Below are positions 42,001-54,819 of a stretch of DNA of 64,000 nucleotides, piece after piece. The stretch lies in IMG/VR virus record IMGVR_UViG_3300029705_000039; one strand, given 5' to 3'. Source of the DNA: a virus (Duplodnaviria > Caudoviricetes). Made by a program: the position numbers and the translations under genes. The notes beneath the pieces were generated by a model. The model was not told where the DNA came from. It did not search any database and was given only the letters and a program-made list of their open reading frames with translations. How positions within the stretch are numbered: position 1 is the stretch's first letter; every line of letters begins with the position of its first letter.

Positions 42001-45000
42001 TAATAGAATCTAAAGTAGCAGAAATCTACGCTAAAATTTCACTGTCAGATAATGTAGGAACAACCCCAACTTTTAATCCGCTACCTTCTATAGTAGTAGT
42101 TAGACCAGCATCTGCGAACTATTGACTAAACTGTTGCTATAATGTCGCTATTGTACTTTCATCGGTAATATCTTTCCCGCTACTATCTTGGAAAGTTATC
42201 TTACTATTCGCAGTATCATATACTACTGTAACAGTTTGGTCAGTTCCGTCTACTTTTACCTCTTGTCCTAAGAATGCCTTATCAAAAGCGGCTTTAACTT
42301 CGATTGGAGTTATGCGCCAGGTAATATTACCCTTAGCATCGAATACGAAACTAAAATATTGCCCTTCTTGGCCATGAAATAAATTATAATTTGTTTCTAA
42401 TTGCTGAAGTTGTTTTTCATCAAGGGTAACTGGCTCGCCATCCTTATCGGTGACAACTACTTCTTGTTCCGCTAGCTTTAATTCAACTTTGTAATCAACT
42501 TCTCCAGCAGATAAAGTGACGTTAGTATCTCCGCCTAATAAAGCTTTATAAAAAGCGTCCTAAACGGCATCAAAATCAATAGGAGAAGCGCTCCCCGCGG
42601 CAGCAATCATCTGCTATAACAATTTTTCTTGTGCGTCTTTAGTTAGAGTCGCGAAGGTCTGCCCATCTCCGAGGCCGGCTGTTAAAACAGCATATAATGC
42701 CTACGCAACAGCAGTAGCTTTTCCCTCTCCTTGTGCGGAAGCCTAAGAAATAGCCGAGGCTAATTGCATGTAATAGCCCGCGACGTCAAGATTTTTTATC
42801 TCGCCATTTTCGTCAAAAATAAGGTTATTAAATAAATTCGCGCCCGCATTTTCGCCTTCGAGGCCAAGCAGTTGACCTAAAGCATTAGCAGTATTAGCGT
42901 TTACGCCTACGCCCTTCTCATCAAAGAGTTTATCATTCTTTTCCGTTTGGATTTGTACAATAAGTTCCTTCTTGCTTTTGTCATCTAACTTATCCCACTC
43001 AGCGATCCAATCAGCCAAAGTTTTGGTAGTCTCTTCGCCATTAAAAGTAGAGGTAATATTAATCCCAAAACCAATGTCGCCTATCTCTTCAATAGCCACC
43101 ATTGCCTTAAGCATATCCTCTAAGCCAGAAAGATATTTAATCTATTGCTGAGCTACCGCTTTCAAGCCATCGGTCATACTATTTTTCATCATGCTCATCG
43201 CAGAACTTACAGAGATACCCAACTTAGCTGCTACGCCGCCAATGTCAACAGTTCCCCAATCATCGGTATTACTGATAACAGATTGGACAAATTCTTCATA
43301 AGTAAGGTCGGCGCCCTTTAAGGATTTGGCCAAAGCATAGAAACCAGGAGTAGCCTTTTTGGCTTCTTTGCTGCTGTCAAGCATCGCTTTTAATCCACTC
43401 TATTTCCCAGCTCGCTCATATATAAAGTCCATCATATTAAGGAAGTCTTTATATCCAACTTCACCCTTGGACTTAAATGTACTAAAAGTCGTTTTTACCT
43501 TATCAATTTGTTTAACAAAGTTATCAAAATTATCGGTTAAACCACTAGTTGGTTCTTTATCCATAAAATTGAATAAAGGATTATCTGAGTCTAGCATAGC
43601 CGCGGATTGAATTTGTTTTAATACCGCAAGATATCCCTCCGCCGCTTCTTTCGCAGCATTATTAGCGCTATTCGCAGCATCGCCATACGCGGCAATACGC
43701 TTTTCTGTTTCTGCAATTTCAGCGTCAAGATCATCATAACTCTTAATAACAGAACTAGCACCATCTTTAATAGATTCAAATACCTGTTCTCCAAAACCTT
43801 CCGCAGCACCCTTTGCTTGAGCTTCATTGAATAATTTACCAATTAAAACTCTTTGGTCCTATGCACTAAGTTCTAAACCAGCGGAAGTAAGATTAGCTTT
43901 TCCGCTTAACTCATAGCGTTTACTTAAAGCATCAAAACTTTCTACGCTCAGGGAACCATTTGCACCCTTTCCTAAGGAATCAATATTATCAGAAATAGCC
44001 TTAATTAACTCATCAATTAAAGTTAAGCCTAATTGCTGTAAACGTTCATTAATGGTAGCAGTATCAATATCAATACCAGTTCCCGCGAATTCCTTAGCCC
44101 AAAGCTCGATTTTTTTAGATGGATCAACCGCTTCATTCATCTGCTTCGCAAGATCTTGTGCAGTATCTAAACTCATTTCCCTACCAGTAAGCTTTTTATA
44201 CTCCTTGGCAAGTTCTGAAGCACTTACTTCAGTAGCGGTAGCAAATGTTTTAATAGTATCAGCGAAGGAGTGAGAAAGAGTGTCCTTTTGCCATTCTAGG
44301 GTGTGTATTAATTCGTCACTAGCGTCAATGCGAGTCGCGGCTTCGCGAGCTAATTTTTGGGATTCTGTTCTTACAATAGAATCAGCTTGATCATTATTTG
44401 CTGTATTCTAATAATAATCTAATAAAAGTGTATCTTTTTTAACCTATCTATTTAATTCCTCTATAATCTAACTCGTATTTTTCAGATACAATCCGGCACC
44501 GGTCGCATTTTCTTCCCAATCTAGCGCTGTCTGAATCCCCAATGTCTCTAACTCTGCCGCCAATTTCGCCGCGGTATCATAGCTCATAGCTTCACGAGAG
44601 CTTAGAGTTTTAGCAATGGAAGTTTCTTCGCCGAATTGGGAGATTAGGGATTGTTTATATGCACTTTTAATAGAAGAAGTAGCGCTATCAAATGAAGTAA
44701 TGCCGTCGTTATAGCTTTTGATAATAGAAGCAATATAATCATTAATTTGCTCTGATAAAGGTTTGGCAATAAACTTATCAAGCTCTCCGCGTAATTGCTC
44801 ATTATCAAGAACTGCAATATCCTCAGCAGTCATCTCGCCGGAGATGATTTTGGCTTGGTTATCTAGAATTTCTTGCGTGTATTCTTGAGTGCCTTTTTTC
44901 AAGCCGCGTTGGTATTCTTGCCAGGCTTTCTCAATTTCTTCGGGAGTTTTACCGAGTTTCTACATCCGAAGGGTAAATAAATCCTTATTATTGGCCTCTA

Positions 45001-48000
45001 GCGCAATCTATATGTTTTTTATCTACCAATCTGTTAGACCTTCAAGACCATACTCTTTTAGTAATCCTTCAACAGCCTACTAGTCTAATGTTTCCTCACC
45101 AGCTGCCACTTTCTCGCCAAGAGAAGCTAATCCTTTCTGGAAGGCTTCTGCCTGGTCAGAGACGATATAGCCTAAGGCACGTGATACATAGGATGGAACG
45201 TCTTTCAAGGCATCCTGAATTAACGTATATGTGCCATCTTGTTCCTATTTAAATAACTTCGTATATGAATCTTTATCATATCCGGACGCGGCTGCGATTT
45301 GTCCAACTTCGTCCTAAGAATAACCTTTGTATCCTTTGGAAGCAATTGTCTCATAAGCCTTAATTTTATCAACATCAATCCCAGCTTCCTTAGCGTCTTG
45401 GGCGATTTCCGCTGTTAGTGCTGCTGCCTTTGCTTGTTTTGTAGATTCTTCCGCATAATAATTTATAACATCTTGGGTGGCTTGGTCAATATTTTTACCT
45501 AAAGTTTCAAAATAATGTTTCCAATAAGCGGCCATATTACCGGCCTCGCCGCCACCTTCAACCCAAGCATTATAATCATCTTCGTTCCAATATTGTCGAA
45601 TTGAATTCCAGACACTTTCATACTATAATAGATTCTCGTCTTCTAACTGTTGTTTCGATTCTATCTTCGCAAGAGCATTGAGCGTATTAACAGGTAATAA
45701 AGACATACCGCCTTTATAATAATCAATCGATAATAGCTTGTCCTATTCCTTCTATAAATTTTCTTTTAACTTGCTATTCTAGTCATCAAAATAATCTTTA
45801 ATAGCCTCTATATTCGTACTATAAAACTTTCCATCAATAAACTAAAAATTTTCCCACTTCATTCCATAAGTAGAAATCATCTTAGTAACATCTTCCAATT
45901 CCATACCAGAAGATAACTTCTACATAGCGTCGGTAGCTTCACCCAAGCCTTTTGCGAGGTTATCTGTTAGGGTAGCATATTCAGTGATAAGGTTGGCGGC
46001 TTTGACAGGGATAAGTCTAATTTGTTCGATTAATTCCTAACCCTATTCTGTATCGCCAAGTTCTGTTTTCTCTATTTCTGCAATAATACTTTCCTAACCA
46101 GTATAACTAAAAACGTCGGCTCCCGCGCTACCTAATGCAGCTTGCGCGGCGTTTCTTAGAATATCATTTTGGATACCATTGATATAATTCCAAGTGTCTA
46201 GATAAGCATTAGCAACTTCCGCGGCACCAGCTTGATCTGTTTTGCCAGATTCAATTAGAGAGTCTAGAGTATCAGCAAAAGAGTCCACGGCATTATGATA
46301 CATGGGAGGGATAGCATTTTCAATAGTATCATGTAAATTAGTTTTACCCTTACCAATGCGTCCCAGCGCCAACTATGTCCAGTTAAAGATCCGGTCAGTA
46401 CCCAATAAATTTTTATTTAAATTCATTGATGATTTTATAATTTCTTCATTATAAACCTCATCCATCCATTTCTAGAAAAATTTTCTGTCTGTATCCGTAG
46501 TAAGTTTATTTAAAAACTCATCTCTTTTTGCCTAAAATTCTTGCGCAGTTAACTGACCAGACTAGACAGACTCGTTGAAATCACTAAAATCGTCATCAAT
46601 ATATTTGCTTTTAAAAATATTAACGACACTTTGTGCCCCTTCTGCCAGATTCTGATAAAGCTAACTCATTATTGATAAAGCGGTTGAATCGAACTATATA
46701 TTACCATCTTTATCTTTAGTATATAAAGTTCCACTTTCTATTAAGCTTTTAATCTTATCATTATTCAATAGCGAGTCAACAAAAGAACTATTAAGATATT
46801 CTCCTAATCCGCTAAGATTCTGTAATGACTCTAGTGCTTCCTCCGTGGGGAAATATAAACTGGTCTAGGTATTTGCATAGGCTTCTAGTAGAGCTTTATT
46901 AGATGCTTTTAATGCTGCCTATTCCTATATTTTCTATTTCACTAATAACTATTCTCTGTTTAATGCGTCCTAAAAAGTCTCGTTTTTGTCCAAATCTATT
47001 AAACCAAGATCATCTAAATTATCATTTAAAAATTCCGTAGCATTTGCAATAGAACCGAATACTTCATAAGCTATTCCACTGCCGTTCTCTATTTGCTCAA
47101 ACATTCTACTAGTGATATCAGCTAAAGGAGTATCACCAGTCAAAAAATCGTCATAAAATTGAACAAATTTATCGCCTTTTTCCTGAGCCACTGATTTTCT
47201 TAATGCTAGACGTGATGCTGGATCATAGCGGGTATCCATACTATCAGTAAAATCGTATTTTTCTTTTAATCGACCGAGCACGCCTCCGCCAGCACCACTT
47301 AATAAGTAATCCAAATCTTCTTTTTTATCGCCTACACCGTAAAAGATACTATCGGCTGCATTTTGACCATATTGTTTCGCAATCTTTTGTTTAACTTGTT
47401 CTACCAAAGAAGTGTTTTCATCGAGGGGATCAAGCTAAACATTCACTATACTTCCAGTTACCTAGTCAGCAAGCTCTTCCAAAGAACTATATGGAAAGTT
47501 ATCTGGATTGAAATTGAAATCGGTAAACACTCTTTCCCAATTTTTTTCATCGGGAAGTGAAAATTTTCCATAGGCACTAGCCTATGACCCAATTTGTGTT
47601 GAATTAGTTATAAAAGAAAGTTTTCCCTAATTCTCGGAAATCGTATGATCTAAAGTATCAATTCTTTTTGCTATCTCTATACCTTCCTGTGCGGCAGCCT
47701 ATAAAGTCGCATCGGCTGCTTTCTTACGAGCTTGTGCCAATAGCTATTCTGCATTAGAAGCATCTACTATAGCATTTCCCATTTCATCAAAACTATGGCT
47801 TAATTCTGGGAATTTTTCAAACGCGCTATTAGACGCATCGAGATATGCCTGCTATGCTTCTTCACTATCATAGCGAGCCTTTTCTAATCGTTTTAAATTA
47901 TCTAACGTGCTTTTTAACTCAGTTGCTCTGTTACGTGCTTCCGCTCGTTTAATATCGGCTTCTTGTGATTCCTACTCAGCTTTCTTAAGAGCTTCTTGAG

Positions 48001-50932
48001 CTTTCTGTGCTTCAGTAGGCCAAGAAGTCGCCCAACTAATAACTGTAGTAATAATACCAGCAATCACGCCTAAAACAGGATTAATCATTCCCAGCTAAGT
48101 TCCAACTGATAACCCTGCTCCTAAACTGGTCATTACCGCGCCTGCTTCTTGATTTTCAGCTGCTACGGCACTGCCGCCCAAGCTTAGTCCTAAACTAACT
48201 GCTGTTAGAGCAGTTCCGATACCAGCCTTCTTGCGACTCATAGTCGCGGCCTTTGTACCTTCACCAGGTTGAGTAGAAGCATTCTCTAAAAATTGCTATT
48301 TATTATCATTAGCGCCTTGACGTGTTGCAAGTGTCATTTCTGACAAAGTAGCTTTCCAAGTTGCAGCAATATTATTAAAACTAGAAGAGAATGTATTTAC
48401 AAAAATAGTACCTAATAATTTTACACCAGAAACAATACTTGCTACAGTAAAGATAGAAGTAAATTTGGATAATTTATTAAAGCCTTTAATTAAGTTATTA
48501 ACAAACTCCAATGCTCCACCAATAGCAGGACCATTGATAATAGACATATAGAACTGTTGGAAACTAGTTGAAATGTTATTCAACTTTGTCTCTAAACTAT
48601 CCAATGTCTTCGCATACTATAATAAACCAGCATCTTCACTATCCTGTGCGGCGCCCGCCACTTCGTCTAAACGTTCCCAGTTATCGACTAAGGCAATGAA
48701 ACGAGATTGTTGACGGTTGCCTGCCATAATGGTAGCAATATAGCGTTGGGTATTTTTATCCAAGCTATCCCACTTAGCAGATAGTTCGAAAATTACATCG
48801 TCAAAATCACGGAACTAACCTTGCGCGTCCTTCAGAGAAATACCTACAGACCTCAACGCGGCGTCAGTTTTGTTATAATCGATAACTTCGCCTTCGCTAT
48901 CCTGAGTTAAACCGCTCTTCATTTCACCATAACGAGAAATGATGGACTTTAAAGCGCTACCTAAGTTCTGCGCACTTTCACGAGTGGTTTCAACCATGAC
49001 CGCTAACATCGCAGTTGTATTTTCAAAACTACTTCCTACGCTCTCAGCGGAAGAAGCGGTCTTAGACATAGCAGTAGCAAGTTCTTCTGTATCGGAAGCA
49101 GTGACAGCAGCAACCTTAGAATAAACATCAGTAACATGGCTGGCATCGCTCATTTCCATCTTAAAGGAACGAATAGCCACCGTCATAGCATTCGCGGCTT
49201 TGGAATAGTCCATACCAGCAATACGTGCCATTTTTAAGGTCTCAGTTGTGGCCTCCATTACCTCGGCGGTGCCAAGGCCCTATTGATAATACAATTGAGA
49301 AACTTCATAAACGCCTTGAGTAGTTACGCCATATTGTTGCGCGAGGGACATATATTGGTCAATTTTGCCCCATAAATCGCCAACAGACATATCGGTAACT
49401 ACAGCGATATTAGTCATAGCTTTATCAAGATTTTGGATTTCCTGATAGGCTTGACGAATGCCCTACTTAATTAAGTTAACAACTTCACGAGCACTCATCC
49501 ATTGTTTAATAGAAGAAGTCAGCTAAGCTTTGAAATTATCTGCGTCTTTTTGCGCGCTTTCAGTGTCCCGCTTAATCTACTCGCCTTTATAGTAGGCTTC
49601 CATTACTTTTCGCGCATCCGCTAATGCGTTGTAAGAGCCTTGGGCATTTTCCTCTGCACCTTTTCGTATCGGCCCTGTAGCATCGCTTTCTCTCTAGTTA
49701 ACATTTCTCTGAGCTGTGCCTACTTGGCCTTCGTGCCGTTTGTCAATACCTCTATAAGTATCTTCGCGAAGATCCTCTATATTCTCAAGCTAAGCCTCAA
49801 CCGTGCTTAATAAAGCAGTAGTCTATTTTAAGTTATCTTTCGCTGCTGCTACCGCAGTATCTGCCGCGGTAGATTCGCCTTGAGCAGTTTTTAAGTCTGC
49901 CGCGGCTTTAATTTGTTTTGCCTTTACAGCATCAATACCTTCACTATCTTTGACTACTTGCGCGGCTTGTGCCTAAATAGCGTTCTATCCTTGTTTATTA
50001 ACAGGGGTTTGCTTTATATAATCTGCTACCTTATCCTTGATGATATCTACATAGTCAGGTGCGGCCTATGACGCAAAAGCTTTAATTTGCTCCGGAGTAA
50101 AACCAATCATTCTTGCGAAGAAATCGGTTACTTGGCGACCGCCTGATTTAAAACTGCCATTAGATGCTATCTGGTTATCTAAAATCTTTTGATATTCAGC
50201 AATCTAATCTTCCACTGACAAAGACTTATCCGTTGCCATCGAATTAATTTTCTTTGCTATATTTACAACAGATTTAGTTTCGGCATTTTTTACTCTATTA
50301 GTTAGGTCGTCATACTTAGACTATTTTCTACCAGTATTTTTCGTTGCCTCTGCCGCAACCGCATTTGCGTCAGCTAAAGCCTTGGTATAATTAGCAATTT
50401 TAGTGCGCGCATCATCCGCGGTTTTACCCATAGTCTTGATGTTTTGTTCAAAACTCTTGGACGCATCAAAACCAGTCTGGTCCTTGGTATTAGCAAGCTC
50501 ATCAAATCTCTTGTCGCCTTTTGTTAATGTGCCAACAGATTGACGTTTCTAAGCCGCAATTTCTGCGTATAAATCTTGTAGCTCCTTCTTAGCTTGCCGT
50601 AAAGCTTCGGTATCAACACCCAAACCAGTGGCACTTGTTGTTTCTGCGGATTTCTATAAACTCCGCATGATTTTATCGATATCACGCATAAGCGAGAAGG
50701 ATTTTTCCAAATCACTCGCCGAGAAAATAGATTGCGATGTAATTAAATCCAGGTCAGAAACTTTGCTAGATAGCTAATTAAAAACTTTATTTAAGCTTTT
50801 ACCTATTGCGCTTGCTGGATCTACACCATCAAAAATCTTCTACGCATTCGCTTGCAATTGCTTGAACTGATTCGCGGAGTTCTTCATCTCCAGTTGCAAG
50901 CTAACTGGCAATTGTATGGTATTATTTGCCAC
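39008..50932 (-). CDS. Tape measure protein (~3970 aa), TAG-recoded
   Basis: RBS AGGAGG, GTG start. 14 track fragments share one frame; TP901-type core (VYSKVAAVTASDTEELATAMSKTAS..ETTRESAQNLGSALKSIISR); C-terminal GGLVDYTGPA..HG..PE. Confidence 0.88.
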
Positions 50933-50956
50933 GATTCCTTTCCCTCCTTATAAACG

Positions 50957-50986
50957 AAAAAAGAGCCCTCACTTGCGTGAGGGCTT
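50957..50986 (-). terminator. Intrinsic terminator upstream of the TMP
   Basis: AGCCCTCAC-GCAA-GTGAGGGCT-CTTTTTT on the minus strand. Confidence 0.7.
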
Positions 50987-50991
50987 ATATA

Positions 50992-51801
50992 TTAGATGCC
51001 ATAAATATCATCATCTAAATATGTAATACGATAGACCATAGCATCATATGTTTCCAAATGTTCTGGCATCGCAACTATCCTAAACGTTCCCACTGTGGGG
51101 TCCGCCTACTCTCCCATCCGCAAGTTAATATTACTCATTATATATACCTTTGGCATTTCTAAAATGCCAGTATGAAGAATGCCATCGTTTTCATCCTTCA
51201 AATAAAAAGTCGCTTCCAGAGAGTATAAATTAGGTTTTCTTTCCCTGTTCATTATATAACTAATAGGCTAATTTTCAGGTATGAAGTAATAATCTGCCAT
51301 AATAGTGGCATAAGCATAAACCTCTCCAAAATCAACCATATTTTCATTTTCATCTTTAGGAGTAAGACTTATATAATGTTGGATATTCTCTGCTTGAAAA
51401 ATCTTATAAAAACGCTTTTTAGACTTATCAAACGAATGCCGCAACTACGCGCGGCCTTTTCCATCCAACTCTATAATTTCGTGAATAGGGACTGACATAT
51501 TTAGCGGCTCTACCATATTAGATTCCAATAGCATATTTAAACTTAATTGATTTAAAGTGCCATTAGAAAACTAAAAAGTAGTATCACTTCTATCCTCCCA
51601 AACAACACGCGGCTGATTTAAGAAACCACCGCGGGCCGCCACTACCTAAGTATTCTCAGATAAACGAGCAATTTGGATATTTCTAAAATATAAAACTGGT
51701 TCGCCAGGAGCGAAATGATAATTACCTAAAGTCATATAGTCCTTTGCTTTTAAGACTACATCCTCTAAGTCTTTTATACCCATTTCTTGAATAAAATCCA
51801 T
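50992..51801 (-). CDS. Second tail-tube-like protein (paralog of the major tail protein), TAG-recoded
   Basis: RBS AGGAGG; MGIKDLEDV..GEPVLYF..VAARGGFLNQPRVVWE aligns by eye with MTP YGIKEVANV..GDIVLYL..VSAQGGWGNPKLVTWD; absent from the track. Confidence 0.78.
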
Positions 51802-51821
51802 TTGGAGTTACCTCCTATAAT

Positions 51822-51846
51822 AAAAAAATGGGAGCTTACGCTCCCC
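51822..51846 (-). terminator. Intrinsic terminator after the HNH gene
   Basis: GGGAGC-GTAA-GCTCCC-ATTTTTTT on the minus strand. Confidence 0.7.
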
Positions 51847-51854
51847 TATATAAA

Positions 51855-52592
51855 TTACCCATTAGGGGCAATTGATTTCCACTTAAAATTGCCAGCCGTT
51901 TTATTGCGGCCACGGCATACTTCACTAATTCCTTTCGCGCTAACGCCTGTTTCACGGGCGGCCTCTGCGATAGAACTAAAGGAAGCGATTAGATTATCAT
52001 TTAAATCAAATTGTTGGACTGCGGTAAAACGTGGGCGTTTTTGATTGAAATCTATAGCGCCAACATCGTCACGAATCCATTTATATCCACCCGCGGAACC
52101 ACGTTCACCACGAGTTACGGCACTAATATTCTGCATAGCAACACCAGTCGCATCAGCGGCTTCGCGCAAACTATCATATGTAGCAATTAATTCTCCTGTT
52201 AAGGAATATTGGCTTACTGTCTTTTTCATTTTTTCGTGATTGGCCGCAGCCAATTGCCGCATATGTTCGCGGTTCTTGTCGCGATTAGAATGATTATAAC
52301 TGTGCTTTAGATTGTCGCCACGACTGCACCATTCCAAATTAGAAACACAATTATTTTCTTTATTGTAATCTTTATGATTTACATCAGAAAGATTGTCAGG
52401 GTTGGGTAAGAAAGCTTCTGCGACGAGACGGTGGACATAACAAACTTTTCTGCCTAAATCGTTAACTAAAGTAACTTGCCGATAACCATTCTTAGTCGTT
52501 TGTTGTTTTAGCACCATATTGTTGCTACGTTTGATTACAATTCCAGTATCAGTGACTGAATAGTTTGTAAAGTTTGCGATAATTTTTTCCAT
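51855..52592 (-). CDS. Free-standing HNH homing endonuclease with two NUMOD1-like repeats (no TAG)
   Basis: RBS GAGGTG, ATG 52592; VHRLVAEAFLPNP..VNHKDYNKENNCVSNLEW; QYSLTGELIATYDSLREAA / QFDLNDNLIASFSSIAEAA. Confidence 0.9.
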   Translation of the reverse strand: MEKIIANFTNYSVTDTGIVIKRSNNMVLKQQTTKNGYRQVTLVNDLGRKVCYVHRLVAEAFLPNPDNLSDVNHKDYNKENNCVSNLEWCSRGDNLKHSYNHSNRDKNREHMRQLAAANHEKMKKTVSQYSLTGELIATYDSLREAADATGVAMQNISAVTRGERGSAGGYKWIRDDVGAIDFNQKRPRFTAVQQFDLNDNLIASFSSIAEAARETGVSAKGISEVCRGRNKTAGNFKWKSIAPNG

Positions 52593-52619
52593 AAAAATAC
52601 ACCTCAATAATGTTAAATT

Positions 52620-52646
52620 ATGGAGGGGAGATTTTCTCCCCTCCAT
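52620..52646 (-). terminator. Strong stem-loop between the MTP and HNH genes
   Basis: ATGGAGGGGAGA-TTT-TCTCCCCTCCAT. Confidence 0.5.
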
Positions 52647-52716
52647 AGATTGTGTATTTTTATGGAGTTCTCTTGATTAAAAATTTTTCTAGGATTAATT
52701 GAAAATTTTCAACCTA

Positions 52717-53562
52717 TTAGTATTTAATCAAGCTCATCATATTGCCGTTCTCGTCGCGTAGAACGTTTAGAGTCATATTGAAGGTAGAAGGATCGCCTTC
52801 AGCCTGCATGGTTAAAGTAACCTCAGATAGCATCTTAGCCTTGTTAATTACGAACTGGAAGGCCTCGTCCTTGCCGGTCTTTTCAGAGCGGATTAGAGCG
52901 TCGCCAACTACGCGATAGGTGCCAGGATACTTATCGGGAGAGATAACTAGTTCGGTAGCGGCATCCTTCTCTTCTACTTCTTCCTGCCAGAAGAAACGAA
53001 TACGAGTGGGCTCAGAAGCAGAAATAGTGGGTTCGGTAGAAGTCTGACCTTCAGCGGGTTCGGCAATAACCTGTCCACGAGTGCCATCAGTCATATTAAC
53101 CCAACGATAATCGGCAGGAGCAGTCTTGGGGAAATGATTTTCACCGTCTACAGTCTCACCATCGCCAGTGGGGAAAGCAAATTCAGCGCCCTTATCAAAT
53201 ACCTTTTCAGCATTCTTACGAATAGTTACCTTTACTACTTCGCCTTCAGCCTGACCCTCGGCACCAGAACGCTTCATTTCAGCGCCCATTAGGATACGCA
53301 TTTCTTCCCAAGAAATTACGGCATCTTCTAGAGTTAGGTTAATATCCTTGCCGTAGTCCCAGGTTACGAGTTTGGGGTTGCCCCAGCCGCCCTGAGCGGA
53401 TACGTTCTCAGCAGTAGTTTCAACGGTAGAAACCTTTAGAGTGTCTAGGTATAGAACAATGTCACCAGCATTGATGCCAGCGGCTTTGTCCTCGGATAGA
53501 GCCTCAAAATAAACATTGGCAACTTCCTTAATACCATAACGTTCAAAAATATTCATGGCCAT
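52717..53562 (-). CDS. Major tail (tube) protein
   Basis: Position before the TMP, biased codon usage, AQGGWGNPKLVTWD, LTMQAEGDPSTF. Confidence 0.75.
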   Translation of the reverse strand: MAMNIFERYGIKEVANVYFEALSEDKAAGINAGDIVLYLDTLKVSTVETTAENVSAQGGWGNPKLVTWDYGKDINLTLEDAVISWEEMRILMGAEMKRSGAEGQAEGEVVKVTIRKNAEKVFDKGAEFAFPTGDGETVDGENHFPKTAPADYRWVNMTDGTRGQVIAEPAEGQTSTEPTISASEPTRIRFFWQEEVEEKDAATELVISPDKYPGTYRVVGDALIRSEKTGKDEAFQFVINKAKMLSEVTLTMQAEGDPSTFNMTLNVLRDENGNMMSLIKY

Positions 53563-53580
53563 TGTATTTTTCCTCCTTAA

Positions 53581-54345
53581 TTAAAAAGACATAGTCTTTA
53601 TCCAATGAGAAAGTTTGTTTTTGTCAATCTTCGCGCCCGCTAATGAAGCGCGAGTATTTATATCAAACTCTTCACGCCAACTCATACGTTTGAGTTGGTC
53701 TTGGAGAGCGTAATATGTTAAATCCCAAATATTTAGCATATTATAAGCCTAACTTCCAATGGTAAGTGAAGCTATCATATCTGATAATTCAATATCGCTA
53801 CCATCTTTCTTCTTTGCTTTTCGTTTCGCTTCCTCTCTGTCCTTGCGGCCTTTGAGAAGTTTTTTCTTTAAAGCACGAACTCTAGGAGAATCACTTTCTA
53901 GAAATTCTAGCGTGTCCTCTTTAGGGTCGCGCATCGCGCAAGCGAGAGCTACTAAATCTGAAAATCCTTGGAAATTGTCGTTAGTCAATATCCTCTTCTC
54001 AGAGAAGTCTCCTAAAACAATTGAAGGAGTTGGGTCAGAAATAAAAGTAGGCTTTTCCTCGGTAAAAAAGTTAAAAGCGGCACTAATTAATTTATGATTT
54101 TCTTTATCCATCTATGCCAACAAAATAAGATACTCAAAATCTGTAAGCGGAGATAATAACTTTTGAACTTCAGCATCTTCAACCGTAGGTTTTTGTATTG
54201 TCATAAAGGAGATATACTAATAAAATCGGTCTAATCCCTCCGCGGCTATATCCTTCAAAAAGGGGGATTTTACCAAACAAACATCCGAATAAATAACCGG
54301 TTTGCCGCTTAAGAACTTTAAAATTCTACTATCAGTTGAACTCAT
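53581..54345 (-). CDS. Virion/tail assembly protein, TAG-recoded
   Basis: ATG 54345 to TAA 53581 in frame with track ORF 53749-54111; C-terminal NIWDLTYYALQDQ..HWIK. Confidence 0.65.
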
Positions 54346-54817
54346 TTATTTTATAATACATAGAATAGCCGCCCAACTGAGGAGATAATACCAAAGGAGT
54401 AGCATGGGAAAACTGTAAGTTCCCTATGCCGCTTAATTTTGCCTGATTAAACAGGACGTCAATTTCTTGCATAATTAGATATGGCCGCAAACTATCAGCA
54501 TCAATTACCCATTCACTATAAGGACAAACAATATCAAATCTAATACGAGTTACCTTAAAGTCTGGATTCGCGGGATTGATAGTAAAATTATCAAACACAG
54601 CAATAATAAAAGAGCACTCAATTCCCTCTTCAGGAATTTTAGGAACAATAACAATCTATTTATGTAATAAATCTGCTCCATTAACATCTTCATATTTATC
54701 ACTGAAAGGGTCTGTATCCTGATACTTTAAAAGCCGGCATATTTTTTGATTGTGAATTAAACGGTCTGCTATTTTAAATAGGTTTTCACCCATTACAGCA
54801 AATCTACGTTGAGACAT
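54332..54817 (-). CDS. Putative tail completion/terminator protein, TAG-recoded
   Basis: RBS AGGTGG; one TAG joins the N-terminal part to track ORF 54332-54598 (RFDIVC..W..LRPYLIM). Confidence 0.65.
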
Positions 54818-54819
54818 TA

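Noticed and set aside
50992-52717. Frameshifted tail assembly chaperone pair before the TMP
   Set aside because: The slot holds an HNH gene and a tube paralog; no overlapping ORF pair with a slippery site was seen.
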